Origin: a virus
Taxonomy: Duplodnaviria > Caudoviricetes
DNA: 59,448 nt
IMG/VR virus record: IMGVR_UViG_3300032820_000008
Span: 1 to 59,448 of that record
Direction: 5' to 3' (one strand)
Shown here: positions 1-11,000 of the stretch, piece after piece
Layout: the number at the start of each line of letters is the position of its first letter
How positions within the stretch are numbered: the stretch's first letter is position 1
Position numbers and translations under genes: made by a program
The notes under the pieces: model-generated
Databases searched by the model: none
What the model was told of the DNA's origin: nothing
What the model saw: the letters and a program-made list of their open reading frames with translations, nothing else

Positions 1-258
1 CCCAAGCGATTAAGAATCCGAGACCTGATACTTCTTATGCACAGACCGCTAAAAGTGCCGGAAGTAGAGTATTTCAATGGGCGTGGAATCCTGTAGGTTT
101 TAATGATAGTGACGGACTTACACCGAACAATCTAAAAGCAACCGGCGAAGTAGGCACTGTAACAGTTACGACAAGTTAGGAGAATTTAACTATGGCTGAA
201 AAAAACACGAATCAACCTAAACCTGTACCTGTCCCCAATACGAGTGGGTATCCAGATA
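1..258. repeat. Terminal direct repeat (circular-assembly overlap), left copy
   Basis: Identical to 59191-59448 except at positions 128, 129 and 132; it cuts through a gene, so it is most likely a circular contig overlap. Confidence 0.95.
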
Positions 259-341
259 AAGTACCCAATACGCAAACTAAGCAGATGAGAGGTACAGGTG
301 CTGCCACTAAAGGTACTGGATTTAGTAACAAGTCAGACTAG
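192..341 (+). CDS. Small basic virion-associated protein (49 aa, RGTGAATKG motif); absent from ORF track
   Basis: AGGAG RBS at 178-182, ATG at 192, TAG at 339-341; fills the gap in the structural operon. Confidence 0.7.
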   Translation: MAEKNTNQPKPVPVPNTSGYPDKVPNTQTKQMRGTGAATKGTGFSNKSD

Positions 342-347
342 TAAAAT

Positions 348-983
348 ATGAATTACACAAATCTTGTTACTGAAATACAGTCGTATACGGAGAATGAATT
401 CGTTACGGCTGATATAAATACGTTTATCACACAAGCTGAACAACGTATATATAACGGAGTTCAGCTTGCCAATTTACGTAAGAACACAACAGGAACACTG
501 ACTTCCAGTAATAAATATCTTTCACTACCGTCTGATTGGCTTGATGTATTTTCTTTGGCGCTTGTAGATGGAGATGGTCTTTATAGCTACTTATTAAGTA
601 AGGACGTTAACTTCATTAGGGAGAGTTTTCCCAATCCTTCAACTACAGGTCAACCTGGATATTATGCGCTTTTTGATAGTGACACCTTAATATTAGGGCC
701 AACACCTAATTCAAATTATACAATGGAACTGCATTATTACTATTACCCCGAATCCATAACTACAGTTAGTTCTGGTACTACATGGGTTGGAGATAATTTT
801 AGTTCCGTATTGTTATACGGAAGTATTTTGGAAGCTTATACTTTTATGAAAGGTGAACCAGATATGGTTGGACTCTATCAAAAAAGATATGACGAAGCAT
901 TAGCGATGTTAAAAGAGTTAGCAGAATATAAAAACCGTAACGATACTTATCGAGGAAATCGAAGAAGAATTGCTAATGCTTGA
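348..983 (+). CDS. Head-tail adaptor / tail tubular protein A-like
   Basis: 211 aa; 'FITQAEQRIYN', 'GQPGYYA...LILGPTPNSNY', 'LLYGSILEA' resemble podophage adaptor proteins; position in the structural operon. Confidence 0.65.
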   Translation: MNYTNLVTEIQSYTENEFVTADINTFITQAEQRIYNGVQLANLRKNTTGTLTSSNKYLSLPSDWLDVFSLALVDGDGLYSYLLSKDVNFIRESFPNPSTTGQPGYYALFDSDTLILGPTPNSNYTMELHYYYYPESITTVSSGTTWVGDNFSSVLLYGSILEAYTFMKGEPDMVGLYQKRYDEALAMLKELAEYKNRNDTYRGNRRRIANA

Positions 984-1260
984 TACGAACGGAAATGTTG
1001 GCTCCGTTATGGTAACAGCTACCGTAGATAGAGGTATGAACGCTGAAGAATGGGCAGAAGCAGCAGTACGACGAATTGTATCTGTGTCCATGGATTCTCC
1101 GATGCCTATACGTGAACAAGCTCTCGCATTTCGCGGGAACGTTAAAAATATTCTCGTTCATTATTTCAAAAAAGTAGCTCGAAGTGAAAGAACAACTGTA
1201 AGAGCTATTTTGGAAAAAGAAGGATATTTTGAATTAGCTAAACATATTGAGGATATTTGA
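976..1260 (+). CDS. Hypothetical phage protein
   Basis: ORF overlapping the previous stop codon; co-oriented with the operon. Confidence 0.6.
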   Translation: MLDTNGNVGSVMVTATVDRGMNAEEWAEAAVRRIVSVSMDSPMPIREQALAFRGNVKNILVHYFKKVARSERTTVRAILEKEGYFELAKHIEDI

Positions 1261-1261
1261 T

Positions 1262-1693
1262 ATGGCTATAACTCAGGCAATGTGTACAAGTTTCAAGAAA
1301 GAGCTGATGGAAGCCAAGCACAACTTTTTAAATAGTGGTGGGAACACCTTTAAAATAGCGTTGTATACATCTTCTGCGACTTTATCGGCGGCTACAACGG
1401 CTTATTCGGCAACTAACGAGGTTTCAGGCACAAACTATACGTCGGCAGGGAACACGCTTACCCGCGTAGATCCAGCAACCAGTGGCACTACGGCGTATAC
1501 GGATTTTGCTGATACCACTTGGTCTTCCAGCACAATAACGGCGCGAGGTGCTGTTATTTATAATGACAGCGCCAGCGGCGATCCTTCTGTTATTGTTTTA
1601 AATTTTGGTGCTGATAAATCATCCAGCGCGGGGGATTTTACGATTACATTTCCTACTGCTGATGCAAGTGATGCGATTATAAGGATTGCTTAA
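1262..1693 (+). CDS. Tail/structural protein
   Basis: Thr/Ser/Ala-rich, beta-type sequence 'TFKIALYTSSATL...ITARGAVIYN...VLNFGADK'; GAGGA RBS. Confidence 0.6.
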   Translation: MAITQAMCTSFKKELMEAKHNFLNSGGNTFKIALYTSSATLSAATTAYSATNEVSGTNYTSAGNTLTRVDPATSGTTAYTDFADTTWSSSTITARGAVIYNDSASGDPSVIVLNFGADKSSSAGDFTITFPTADASDAIIRIA

Positions 1694-2265
1694 TGGCGGC
1701 AATTACCGGCTGGGGCCGAAGTACATGGAGTTCTGGCACATGGGGTGAAGCCCTTCCTGTCTCCGTTACTGGGCTTGCAGGAACGGGAGCAGTAGGCTCT
1801 GTAACAATTGAGCTTAGTATTGATGTTTCTGCAACAGGAGTTGCGGGAACAGGGGCAGTTGGATCTGTAACCGTAGTACAAGGCTCTGGAGTTACTGTTT
1901 CCGTAACCGGATTGGCCGGGACAGGTAGCGTAGGGTCTGTTGTTGCTACGGGTGACGCTAATGTTTCTGTAACAGGTATTGCAGGAACAGGGGCTGTTGG
2001 ATCAGTAACTGTCGTTACTGAAGCTAATGTTTCTGTAACAGGTATTGCAGGAACAGGGGCTGTAGGCAGCGTAACTGCCACCGGAGATGCTAATGTTTCT
2101 GTAACTGGAGAATCCGCTACAGGTTCTGTAGGTTCGGTTCTTGTATGGAGTGTTATTGATGATTCTCAAACACCTAATTGGACAAATATTGATGATTCAC
2201 AAACAGTAACTTGGTCAGAAGTTGATGATTCGCAAACACCTGATTGGATAGATATCGCAGCTTAA
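1693..2265 (+). CDS. Gly/Val/Thr/Ser-repeat tail-associated protein
   Basis: About six ~21-aa repeats of VSVTGxAGTGAVGSVTV; C-terminal (I/V)DDSQT repeats. Confidence 0.6.
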   Translation: MAAITGWGRSTWSSGTWGEALPVSVTGLAGTGAVGSVTIELSIDVSATGVAGTGAVGSVTVVQGSGVTVSVTGLAGTGSVGSVVATGDANVSVTGIAGTGAVGSVTVVTEANVSVTGIAGTGAVGSVTATGDANVSVTGESATGSVGSVLVWSVIDDSQTPNWTNIDDSQTVTWSEVDDSQTPDWIDIAA

Positions 2266-2277
2266 AGGTGATTAAAA

Positions 2278-4323
2278 ATGGCTAGTACATACGTAAATGC
2301 CCTTAGACTCAACGAAATGGGAACTGGAGATGAATCCGGTAATTGGGGTGTAGTCACAAATTTAAATCTGGACATGATTGGAGAAGCATTTGGCTATGGT
2401 TCAGAAGCAATCGCTAATGCTTCCACTCATACAATAACAATGGCGGATGGTGCTGTAGATGAGGCTCGTAACTTTTATCTAAAATGCACTGGAGGTGGAC
2501 AAGCGTGTACGGTTACGCTTGCACCTAATACAGTATCCAAAATTTGGATAATAGAAAATGCGACAAGCTATACGTTAACATTTTCTCAAGGGTCTGGAGC
2601 TAATGTTGCAATTCCTGCGGGTGATGTAAAAGTAATAGCAACTGATGGCGCAGGTGGTGGAGCGGTTGTTTATGATTTGTTCGTTGATTTAAATATAGCT
2701 ACTAAATTAACTATAAAAAATCCCGCTACAAGCGCAAGCCCCGCTACTGTATTGCTTCAAGCTGGTGATACTGATGTTGCAGTAAATGATGTATTAGGCA
2801 AGATTCAATTCCAAGCTCCTGATGAAGGGGCGGGCACGGATGCCATACTTGTCGCAGCCGAAGTTGCTGCTATTTCAGAAGGCGATTTCAGTTCGAGCAA
2901 TAACGCCACGAAGTTAGCATTTAAAACAGGCGCATCCGAGGCCGCGACGGAAAAGATGTCAATCAGCTCAACCGGCAACGTCACGATGAAACAGACCGCG
3001 ACAGGTGATGACACCCCGATGACGCTTTTGTTGCAGACGGGTGAAACTGATATTGCGGTAAACGACATTCTCGGCAAAATTCAATTCCAAGCTCCTGATG
3101 AAGGCGCTGGGACGGACGCTATTTTAGTTGCAGCAGAAATAGCGGCAACCTCAGAAGGCGACTTTAGTTCGAGCAATAATGCAACCAGTTTGCAGTTTAA
3201 AACAGGCGCGTCAGAAGCTGCCGCAACAAAACTGTCGTTAACTTCTGCTGGCGCGTTAGTAAGCGTAATTGGAGGATCTGCTGGTGTCCCCACGTATGCC
3301 ATTACTACTGGTGCTTTAGGCGTCAACGGCATCTACGTGGCTACCGCTAACACTCTTGGATTCGCTACGGCAGCAACCGAGCGGATGAAGATTGGCTCCG
3401 CTGGGACATGCACTCTAACCACCGCAGGATCTGGCTTTATTGTGCCTGACGGCGGTAATTTTGGGTCTACAACGACGCCTACTGCCATTGATGTTATCTC
3501 CACTGGCCAGGTTGGAATGGGTCAATCTGGCTACGCTGCTGCACAACTCTATCTCTACGACAACTCTACAGGTGCAAATGGTCTCCGGGTCCATCTGGAC
3601 AATGCGTCTAGTGCTTATTCTGCGGTGTATGTGTCGCATGACGGTACAGGCGCAGCGGGGTATTTCGTTACTGCTGGCGCTAACTACGGTCTTTACGGAC
3701 AAGGTGCAAGCTATGGTATTTACGGGAAAACAACGGCGGCGGGTTCTGGTGGAGTTCTCGGGTATACCGCTGACTCCGCTCACTACGGAATTTTAGGTCA
3801 CGCAAATACTCATGGCTTTTACGGGACATCCGTCTATTGTGTTGGCGCACTGTATAAAGGGTCCGGCACGTTTCGCATTCCACATGGTCTGCGCGAAGGG
3901 TATGACTTACTCCACTCATTTGTGGAAGGGCCGCAATGCGATTTAATTTATCGAGGCAAAGTGGCTCTTGTTGACGGACAAGCTACTATTTCGATGGACA
4001 CTAAATATGGAATGACTGCTGGAACTTTTGAATGGCTCACGAAAGCAGAGGATGTGCAAACTTTCACAAGCAATGAAACCGGATGGGACGCTGTTAAAAG
4101 TAGTTTTTCCGGCGATACTATTACGATTGAATGTCAAAACGCCTCCTCTACAGACACAATAAGCTGGATGGTTGTTGCCGAGCGCGGTGATCCAAACATC
4201 AAAGCATCTGAGATAACAGATGATGATGGTAATCTGATTATTGAGCGACCAAGTGAGCCGGAACCAGAGTTTGGGCCAACACCAACACCACCACCACCAC
4301 CACCAGAACCAGAAGAGGATTAA
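2278..4323 (+). CDS. Tail fibre / receptor-binding protein
   Basis: N-terminal 'MASTY...GDESGNWG' anchor, duplicated internal domain, Gly/Tyr-rich beta-repeat segment, chaperone-like C-terminal region. Confidence 0.75.
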   Translation: MASTYVNALRLNEMGTGDESGNWGVVTNLNLDMIGEAFGYGSEAIANASTHTITMADGAVDEARNFYLKCTGGGQACTVTLAPNTVSKIWIIENATSYTLTFSQGSGANVAIPAGDVKVIATDGAGGGAVVYDLFVDLNIATKLTIKNPATSASPATVLLQAGDTDVAVNDVLGKIQFQAPDEGAGTDAILVAAEVAAISEGDFSSSNNATKLAFKTGASEAATEKMSISSTGNVTMKQTATGDDTPMTLLLQTGETDIAVNDILGKIQFQAPDEGAGTDAILVAAEIAATSEGDFSSSNNATSLQFKTGASEAAATKLSLTSAGALVSVIGGSAGVPTYAITTGALGVNGIYVATANTLGFATAATERMKIGSAGTCTLTTAGSGFIVPDGGNFGSTTTPTAIDVISTGQVGMGQSGYAAAQLYLYDNSTGANGLRVHLDNASSAYSAVYVSHDGTGAAGYFVTAGANYGLYGQGASYGIYGKTTAAGSGGVLGYTADSAHYGILGHANTHGFYGTSVYCVGALYKGSGTFRIPHGLREGYDLLHSFVEGPQCDLIYRGKVALVDGQATISMDTKYGMTAGTFEWLTKAEDVQTFTSNETGWDAVKSSFSGDTITIECQNASSTDTISWMVVAERGDPNIKASEITDDDGNLIIERPSEPEPEFGPTPTPPPPPPEPEED

Positions 4324-4325
4324 TT

Positions 4326-4487
4326 ATGGATTGGATTATTGACAGATTTAAAGAGCCGTCAAGCTACGCCGCTGCTGGAGCCGCTGTTATGGGCATCGGT
4401 ATGCTGACAGGGCAGAATTGGCTAATCATGCTTGGAATTGTGGGGGGTGTTGCGGGTTTTGTGCTGAAAGAAAAGGGCGTGATTTAA
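4326..4487 (+). CDS. Small two-TM membrane protein (holin-like, 53 aa); absent from ORF track
   Basis: GAGGA RBS; MDWIIDRFKEPSSYAAAGAAVMGIGMLTGQNWLIMLGIVGGVAGFVLKEKGVI; lies upstream of the endolysin. Confidence 0.6.
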   Translation: MDWIIDRFKEPSSYAAAGAAVMGIGMLTGQNWLIMLGIVGGVAGFVLKEKGVI

Positions 4488-4588
4488 TACCCGTATGTAA
4501 AAGCGAGCGGGGGCCGTTAGCTCAACGCGGAGAAACTTTCAGTGACTCAATTATTTATTAGAAATGGACACCGTGTCGCTTTTTGATA

Positions 4589-4864
4589 ATGGATATTGGT
4601 TTTTTCGAGGGCGGTGCAATCGCTTTGTGTCTTGGACTTGTAGGTACAATGTGGGGATTTCTTCAAAAACTCGTATCAAGCAAATTACGTGAGCAGTATG
4701 AGGTCATTGTGAAATTGATAGATCGCTTAAATCGCTTAGACGATGCCGCAGAAAGACGGCACAATGCAATGATTGAAAAAACAGATGAATTGGAAAAAAC
4801 AGTTGGGACATTATCTGAAAAAATTAGTTTTCTTCAAGGCCGTGTAAATTCTGGAGGGCATTGA
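4589..4864 (+). CDS. Membrane-anchored coiled-coil protein of the lysis cluster
   Basis: N-terminal hydrophobic helix followed by a heptad-rich tail. Confidence 0.55.
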   Translation: MDIGFFEGGAIALCLGLVGTMWGFLQKLVSSKLREQYEVIVKLIDRLNRLDDAAERRHNAMIEKTDELEKTVGTLSEKISFLQGRVNSGGH

Positions 4865-4872
4865 TAGTAAAA

Positions 4873-5268
4873 ATGGCTACTGTTGATCATGGACAATTTT
4901 TTAGTAAAGAAGAGCTACAGTGTCGTTGTGGTGAATGTGGGTATCTATGTGAAATGGATGAAACATTCATGTTGTACCTTGAAGAAGTACGTAAGAAATT
5001 TGATAAGCCTCTTTATTTGAGTTCTGGATTTAGATGCCCCGCACATAATAGAAAGGTAAGTAGTTCTGGATCTGCTAATGGCCCGCATACTACGGGTAAA
5101 GCAGTTGATATATTAATTGCTAAACAAGATGGGTATAAAATTCTTAAATTAGCATTGGAATTAGAATTTAGTGGGATTGGTATAAATCAAAAAGGAGCAG
5201 GACGATTTATCCATCTTGACACTTTAACGCGACATGAAGGTCTTAGACCAACCATCTGGAGTTACTAA
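4873..5268 (+). CDS. Endolysin, peptidase M15 family (Zn-dependent)
   Basis: SSGFRCPAHN, H-x6-D (HTTGKAVD) and FIHLD motifs. Confidence 0.88.
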   Translation: MATVDHGQFFSKEELQCRCGECGYLCEMDETFMLYLEEVRKKFDKPLYLSSGFRCPAHNRKVSSSGSANGPHTTGKAVDILIAKQDGYKILKLALELEFSGIGINQKGAGRFIHLDTLTRHEGLRPTIWSY

Positions 5269-5651
5269 TGATCCCGTTAATCGAAGCTGGTTTGAGGATT
5301 ATTGATAAGATAATTCCAGACCCGGAAGCAAAGGCAGAAGCCACCCGAAAATTGCTGGAGATTCAACAAGCGGGAGAACTCGCAGAAGTTGAAGCCGCAA
5401 TGAATGTCGTCGTTGCTGAAGCCAAAAGCGAACACGCGCTCACGAGTCAATGGCGTCCCATTACGATGTTGGTTTTCACTGCTATTGTTGCAAATAATTA
5501 TATTATTGCTCCTTATTTAATGGCTATGTTTGGCTGGAACGTGATGTTAGAGATGCCAGATCAACTGTGGAATTTACTCAGCATTGGTATTGGGGGTTAT
5601 GTAGTCGGAAGAAGCTCAGAAAAGGCAATTAAGAACTGGAAAGGCACGTAA
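5268..5651 (+). CDS. Holin (GTA 3TM holin-like)
   Basis: 'IDKIIPDP...AEAKSEH...WRP...LW.LL..GIGGYV.GRS.EK' pattern; next to the endolysin. Confidence 0.8.
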   Translation: MIPLIEAGLRIIDKIIPDPEAKAEATRKLLEIQQAGELAEVEAAMNVVVAEAKSEHALTSQWRPITMLVFTAIVANNYIIAPYLMAMFGWNVMLEMPDQLWNLLSIGIGGYVVGRSSEKAIKNWKGT

Positions 5652-7576
5652 TGCTTAGAAAGTTTTTATTTAAACCTGGAATAAACAGGGAAATTACTGA
5701 TTATGCCCAGGAAGGAGGTTGGTATTCCTGTAATAAAGTTCGTTTTGTTTACGGGTTTCCTAAGAAAATAGGAGGTTGGGCCAAATATACTGTTACGGCG
5801 TTCGTAGGTATTTGTCGTTCCTTATTTACTTATAGTCCTGCTGGAGCTAATAACTTCATGGCAATGGGGACGAGTAAGAAAATCTATATTGATACAGGTG
5901 GCTCGCTTACTGATATAACACCTATACGCCTTACTACTTCTGCGGGAGATCCACGTTTTACAGCCACTAATGGATCAGCTTCTATTTCTGTAGCTGAAAC
6001 AGGGCATGGTGCCATTGCTGGAGATTATGTAACTTTTTCTGCTGCTGCTTCTTTAGGTACCTCAAACAACATAACTGCTGCTGTTTTAAACCAAGAATAT
6101 GTAATAGACAGTATTACGAGTGCGAACGCTTTTAAATTTACAGCCACAGCCACAGCTAATGCTAATGATACTGGAGATGGTGGCAGTTCTACTGTCGCTA
6201 AATATCAAATTAGTATTGGATACGATACAAACACAGAAGGATATGGGTGGGGTGTAAGTACATGGGGTCTATCAACATGGGGAACAGCTCGACTCACGCC
6301 AATCAACTTACCTATGCGCCTAGTATTTTTTACGACATATTATGACGATTTAGTTTTTAACGTTAGTGACTCAGATATTTATTATTGGGTAAATGATACA
6401 AGTTTAGCTACACGCGCTGTTGCTATGGAAGATATGAGTGGTGCTAACGAGGTTCCACAGGAAGTAAGCCAAATACTTATATCACAGGATAATACGAGTA
6501 ATATTTTATTAGCACTTGGTTGCACTCCTTATCCTGCATCCGGCACTCCTGATAAAGATCCCCTCCTTATACGATGGTCCGATGTAACAGATAAAGTGGA
6601 GTGGGAGCCTACTGATCTAACAACTGCTGGCTCACTATCTGTGCAGAGTGGGTCTAAAATTTTAGCAGGTGCTCCTACTTATAGAGAGACACTTATATTT
6701 ACAGATTCCACCTTAAATTCGCTGAAATTTGTTGGTGGTAACGAGGTTTTTCGTCTTGATGAGATTTCATCCAGTGTTTCTTTAATTGGTCCTAACGCTT
6801 GCGCTACGACCGGCAATGATACTTATTGGATGGGGACTACTAACTTCTATAAATACAATGGGCGGGTAGCTACATTACTATGTCCCTTATCGAATCATGT
6901 ATTTAAAGATATAAACACAGATCAAGCTTATCAAACCTTTGCAGGGCTTATTAAAGAATTTAACGAAGTCATATGGTTTTATTGTGGTGGGGGCAGCACC
7001 ACTATAAATAATTACATTATTTATAATTTTATAGAAAATATTTGGTATTACGGTGATACAGAAGATAATTTCGATAGAACTGCATGGGCTGACGCCTCTA
7101 TTCGTGAATACCCACAAGCTGCCAGTGATGACGGATATGTTTACAACCACGAAAAGGGAAATAATGCAGATTCTTCAGCACTAACAGCCTCTATTACGTC
7201 TGCCAATATATCTATGGAGGAAGGAGATCGTTACGTATTATTGCAGCGGATTATTCCTGATATTGATTTTACGGGTTCTGATGTAGGGACAACGCCTACA
7301 GCAGAGTTTAAAGTGACAGCCAAAAAATTCCCCGGCGCTGCTCCCTATACTACAAATGAAGCCGGTAGCGCTACGGACGGTTCAGTCACTGCTGACGGGG
7401 CAACGCAGGTTCCAGTACCATCAGCAACGGCTACTGTAGACCAATATACTGACCAACTTTACATAAGAACGCGGGGAAGGCAGATGGCCTTTACAGTTGA
7501 ATCAACTGCCAGCGGAGTAGCATGGGGGTTGGGAGTTCCCCGTGCAGATATCAGGCCGGATGGTAGACGAGGTTAA
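5651..7576 (+). CDS. Tail tubular protein B / head-closure (nozzle) protein
   Basis: 641 aa beta-propeller-like sequence 'LLIRWSD...AGSL', 'EVIWFY', ending in 'DIRPDGRRG'; precedes the ejection genes. Confidence 0.7.
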   Translation: MLRKFLFKPGINREITDYAQEGGWYSCNKVRFVYGFPKKIGGWAKYTVTAFVGICRSLFTYSPAGANNFMAMGTSKKIYIDTGGSLTDITPIRLTTSAGDPRFTATNGSASISVAETGHGAIAGDYVTFSAAASLGTSNNITAAVLNQEYVIDSITSANAFKFTATATANANDTGDGGSSTVAKYQISIGYDTNTEGYGWGVSTWGLSTWGTARLTPINLPMRLVFFTTYYDDLVFNVSDSDIYYWVNDTSLATRAVAMEDMSGANEVPQEVSQILISQDNTSNILLALGCTPYPASGTPDKDPLLIRWSDVTDKVEWEPTDLTTAGSLSVQSGSKILAGAPTYRETLIFTDSTLNSLKFVGGNEVFRLDEISSSVSLIGPNACATTGNDTYWMGTTNFYKYNGRVATLLCPLSNHVFKDINTDQAYQTFAGLIKEFNEVIWFYCGGGSTTINNYIIYNFIENIWYYGDTEDNFDRTAWADASIREYPQAASDDGYVYNHEKGNNADSSALTASITSANISMEEGDRYVLLQRIIPDIDFTGSDVGTTPTAEFKVTAKKFPGAAPYTTNEAGSATDGSVTADGATQVPVPSATATVDQYTDQLYIRTRGRQMAFTVESTASGVAWGLGVPRADIRPDGRRG

Positions 7577-7578
7577 GT

Positions 7579-8058
7579 ATGGCATTTCAAGGATTTAGGT
7601 CTCCAACTCTACCAACTCCTACCGAAGAATATGAAGAAACATATTTTATGGACCTTATACGGAGTATTGGGGCTTATTTTGACCTTCACGATTCTAAAGC
7701 TGGATTGAACGTAGATAGCATTATTTCTGATTTCATCCAACTCCCCATTGGGGCTTTAACACTCGTAAATGGCGCAAATAACAATGTTGCATTGCCAAAA
7801 AAGTCTTTTGCTCGAATTACTGGACCAAGTGCTGTTTTTAATATTACTGGTATTCGGGGTGGTGCAGACGGAAAAGTGGCTATTTTGTACAATACTACGG
7901 CTTACGCCATGACAATAACTCACAATGCGACTTCTACAGCAGCTAACCGAATCCTTACGAATACGGGTTCTGATGTTGTGACTACAGGAACCGGAATTGT
8001 TTCTCTTATATACTCGGTTACCGACAGTAGGTGGATTTTACTGTCGGTATTAGCATAG
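7579..8058 (+). CDS. Tail accessory (needle/plug-like) protein
   Basis: 'PTLPTPTEEY' N-terminus; position directly after the nozzle gene. Confidence 0.45.
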   Translation: MAFQGFRSPTLPTPTEEYEETYFMDLIRSIGAYFDLHDSKAGLNVDSIISDFIQLPIGALTLVNGANNNVALPKKSFARITGPSAVFNITGIRGGADGKVAILYNTTAYAMTITHNATSTAANRILTNTGSDVVTTGTGIVSLIYSVTDSRWILLSVLA

Positions 8059-8067
8059 GTAAATCAC

Positions 8068-11000
8068 ATGGACCAACGAAATTTAGTGGCGGGAATAGCT
8101 TCTTTGGGACGAGGAACAGACTCTGCCCTTGTCCATATGTCGCCTTCTGAAGTTCAAGCCCTTCAGCAATTAGCTGAACAGCATGGTGGTTCGCTAACCA
8201 TAAATCCTGAAACGGGCTTACCCGAAGCGGGATTTTTAAGCAACCTTCTTCCTTTGATTGCAGGACTAGGTTTGTCTGTCGTTTCAGGTGGCGCACTTAG
8301 CCCTCTGATGACAGGTATGCTGATGGGTGGTGGTGCTGGTATCGCCTCCGGTGGTGACCTACGCAAAATGGCTAAATGGGGATTGGGCGGTTACGGCGGT
8401 GCTAGTTTGGGTGCAGGGCTTACTGCGGCAGGGGCAACACCAGCCGCAACAACAGCAGGAACAACAGGAACAGCAGCAGGAGCATTTAATCCTAATGCCG
8501 TGCCGGGACTTAGTTCCGCAGTTTCCACGCCTGCGGGTGGAGCGCCTGCTTTTATGGGGGGAACAGGCACCGTAACTAATTTAGTAGGCGGTGCGCCCGT
8601 TGCGTCACTGAGCGGACGAGCCGTAACAGGAGGAACATTTTCAGCAATACCGGGAGCAGCAGCAGCACCATCATTCTCCCTGGATCAGATTGGAACTAAT
8701 TTCGGAACCGCTGTGGAGGGAGTCGGCAAACTTGGATCTCCAGCAGGACAGGCAGCGTTTACGGGTGCTGTAGAGGCTGGCGGTATACCTGGGCTAGGAG
8801 TCAAAACTGCGGCTCTTGCCGGTCTTGGGTCAATGGCCCTTGAACAGCCTGAACCATTCGAGGAAGTTGAAGTGGGCGGTAAGAAAGTTGGATATCCGGC
8901 GTATTCACCTTTAGATCGTCAGACAACGTTTGACGAATCAGTTAATTTAGCGGATTCCGCAGAACGTGATTATTTTTCGGAACCAGTTTATAAGCCCTAT
9001 GATCCCTCAGTTGATCCCTATACACCCCTTTATGAACCCGACCCTATGGCAACAGCCGCACAGGGCGGCATTGTTTCTTTACGAGGAGGTGGACCTGTAT
9101 TAGACCCAACAATGAGAGCGGAAGCTAGAAGTCCTCTTTTTGGTCAATACACACCCACCCCTGCCCCTGTCGCTGCCCCTAGAGCTGCTATTATTCCTGC
9201 ACAGCGTCCAATTGCTGGCTTTGACAACGGCGGATCTGTTGGCGAGCAATCTTATTTTACTAATATCTCGGGTCAGAACACTGATCCTGATGAAGCAAGT
9301 ACTACAAATCCGTACATGTCTGGGTTTGGCCTGTGGTCACCGCATCCCCTGTACCCAAATCTACCTACCCCCGGATACCGAGTCAGTCCCGGCAGTAGTA
9401 ATACTGGTACTTTTAGTGCGAGAACGGCAGCAGACCTTGGGGTAAATACGAGTACTACTGCTAATACTGCTAATACTGCTAATACTGCTAATACTGCTAA
9501 TACTGCTAATACTGCTAATACTGCTAATACTGCTAATACTGCTAATACTGATAGTAGCGAACAGAATTATTTTGCTGATAGGTCTCTTGACACCTCTGGA
9601 GGAGGATACCCCCCCGGAATCACTACCGCAGCGGATAGGACAAGCTATGATGCGATAGTGAAAGCTGGCTCTCCAGAGGCTCAAGCGAGGGCAGCAGCAC
9701 AGAGAGCGACTTGGCCTGCTCAACTTGCTGCTTCAAATGCTGCTATGAACCCTGGTACTGCTGTTGAGCTGGGCACCAATTGGCAAACGCGCGGTCCCAA
9801 TACTAACCCCCTTAATGTATTGCCCGCTAACACCATGTTTAGTGGCTATTTCAACGCAACTCCCCCTCCTTTAACGTCGGCTCAGTATCATGCCAACCCA
9901 GCCGCAGTTGGAAATATAGGGGGTAAGACCCCCTCTCAGCGACAGGCTGAGTATTATGCGTCCACGGGGGGAACACCCACAGGCGCACCAAACGCAATTA
10001 CACCAACAGGAGCACCCGCAGGCGCACCAAGCGCACCTGGATTAACAGGAGCAGGAGGTGGCATTGTTTCCCTCCAGACAGGTGGCAGCGTTGGGAGTGC
10101 ATTTAGTCATGGATTGCCTACTAATACCATGTTTAGCGGCATGTTTGGTGGTCCCGGTGGTGCGTATAGGGGTCCAACTACACCCGCTGCCGCTACTACA
10201 CCCGCTGCCGCTACTACACCTAGTTTTGTTGGTAGTGGGTGGGGTGCATTAAATAATGTTATTCCTGCCGCTACTACACCTGCTGCTGCTACACCTGCTG
10301 CCGCTACTATCCCTGCCGGATTTAATTTGCCTATCCCCGGATACCTAGTCGGTCCCGGTGGTGCATATAGGAGTCCAACTACACCTGCTGCTGCTACTAC
10401 ACCTGTTGCTGCTACTACACCTGTTGCTGCTACTACACCTGTTGCTGCTACTACACCTGCTGCTACTACCCCTGCTGCTACTACACCTGCTGCTACTACC
10501 CCTGTTAATTATGCTGATGACTCCGTATGGAATAAAATGGTTAGTACTGCTTCGGATGATCATGCCAGATTGACGGGAGGATTGAATAGAACTCCTGCCG
10601 AAGTCCAGGCTACAGCGACTCAAGCGGCTCCTATTGGTAGTCCGCAGTGGGTGCAAGCTCAATTTGGGGAAACACTTGCAAATCCACAGTGGCAAAACGA
10701 GGTACAGGCCGCTGCGAATGTGGGACGTCACGCTAGCCTTACGGGTGACGATAGACGGTATTTCGGTGCCTATAGGGTAGCACCGGGAGCTTTAGGATTA
10801 AGGACGGGTAATGTGCCGTTTGGCACCGAAGGGTGGATCAACCCCGGCTATCATCCAACTCGTAACGCTTCAGGGTATCAACGCTTTGACGCCAAAAATC
10901 AATTCGGATCGGGGCTTGAGCGAGCAATTGACGCGCAGGCCGGGGCAGGTATTTTCGACGCTTATTATGCCAGACCGGAATGGCGTTCCCATGATCAAGG

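Noticed and set aside
1-258. Genuine T7-like direct terminal repeat
   Set aside because: It falls in the middle of a structural gene and operon; better explained as a circular assembly overlap
4511-4540. tRNA-like 5' sequence GGGCCGTTAGCTCA
   Set aside because: No T-arm (GTTC), no acceptor-stem complement and no cloverleaf downstream
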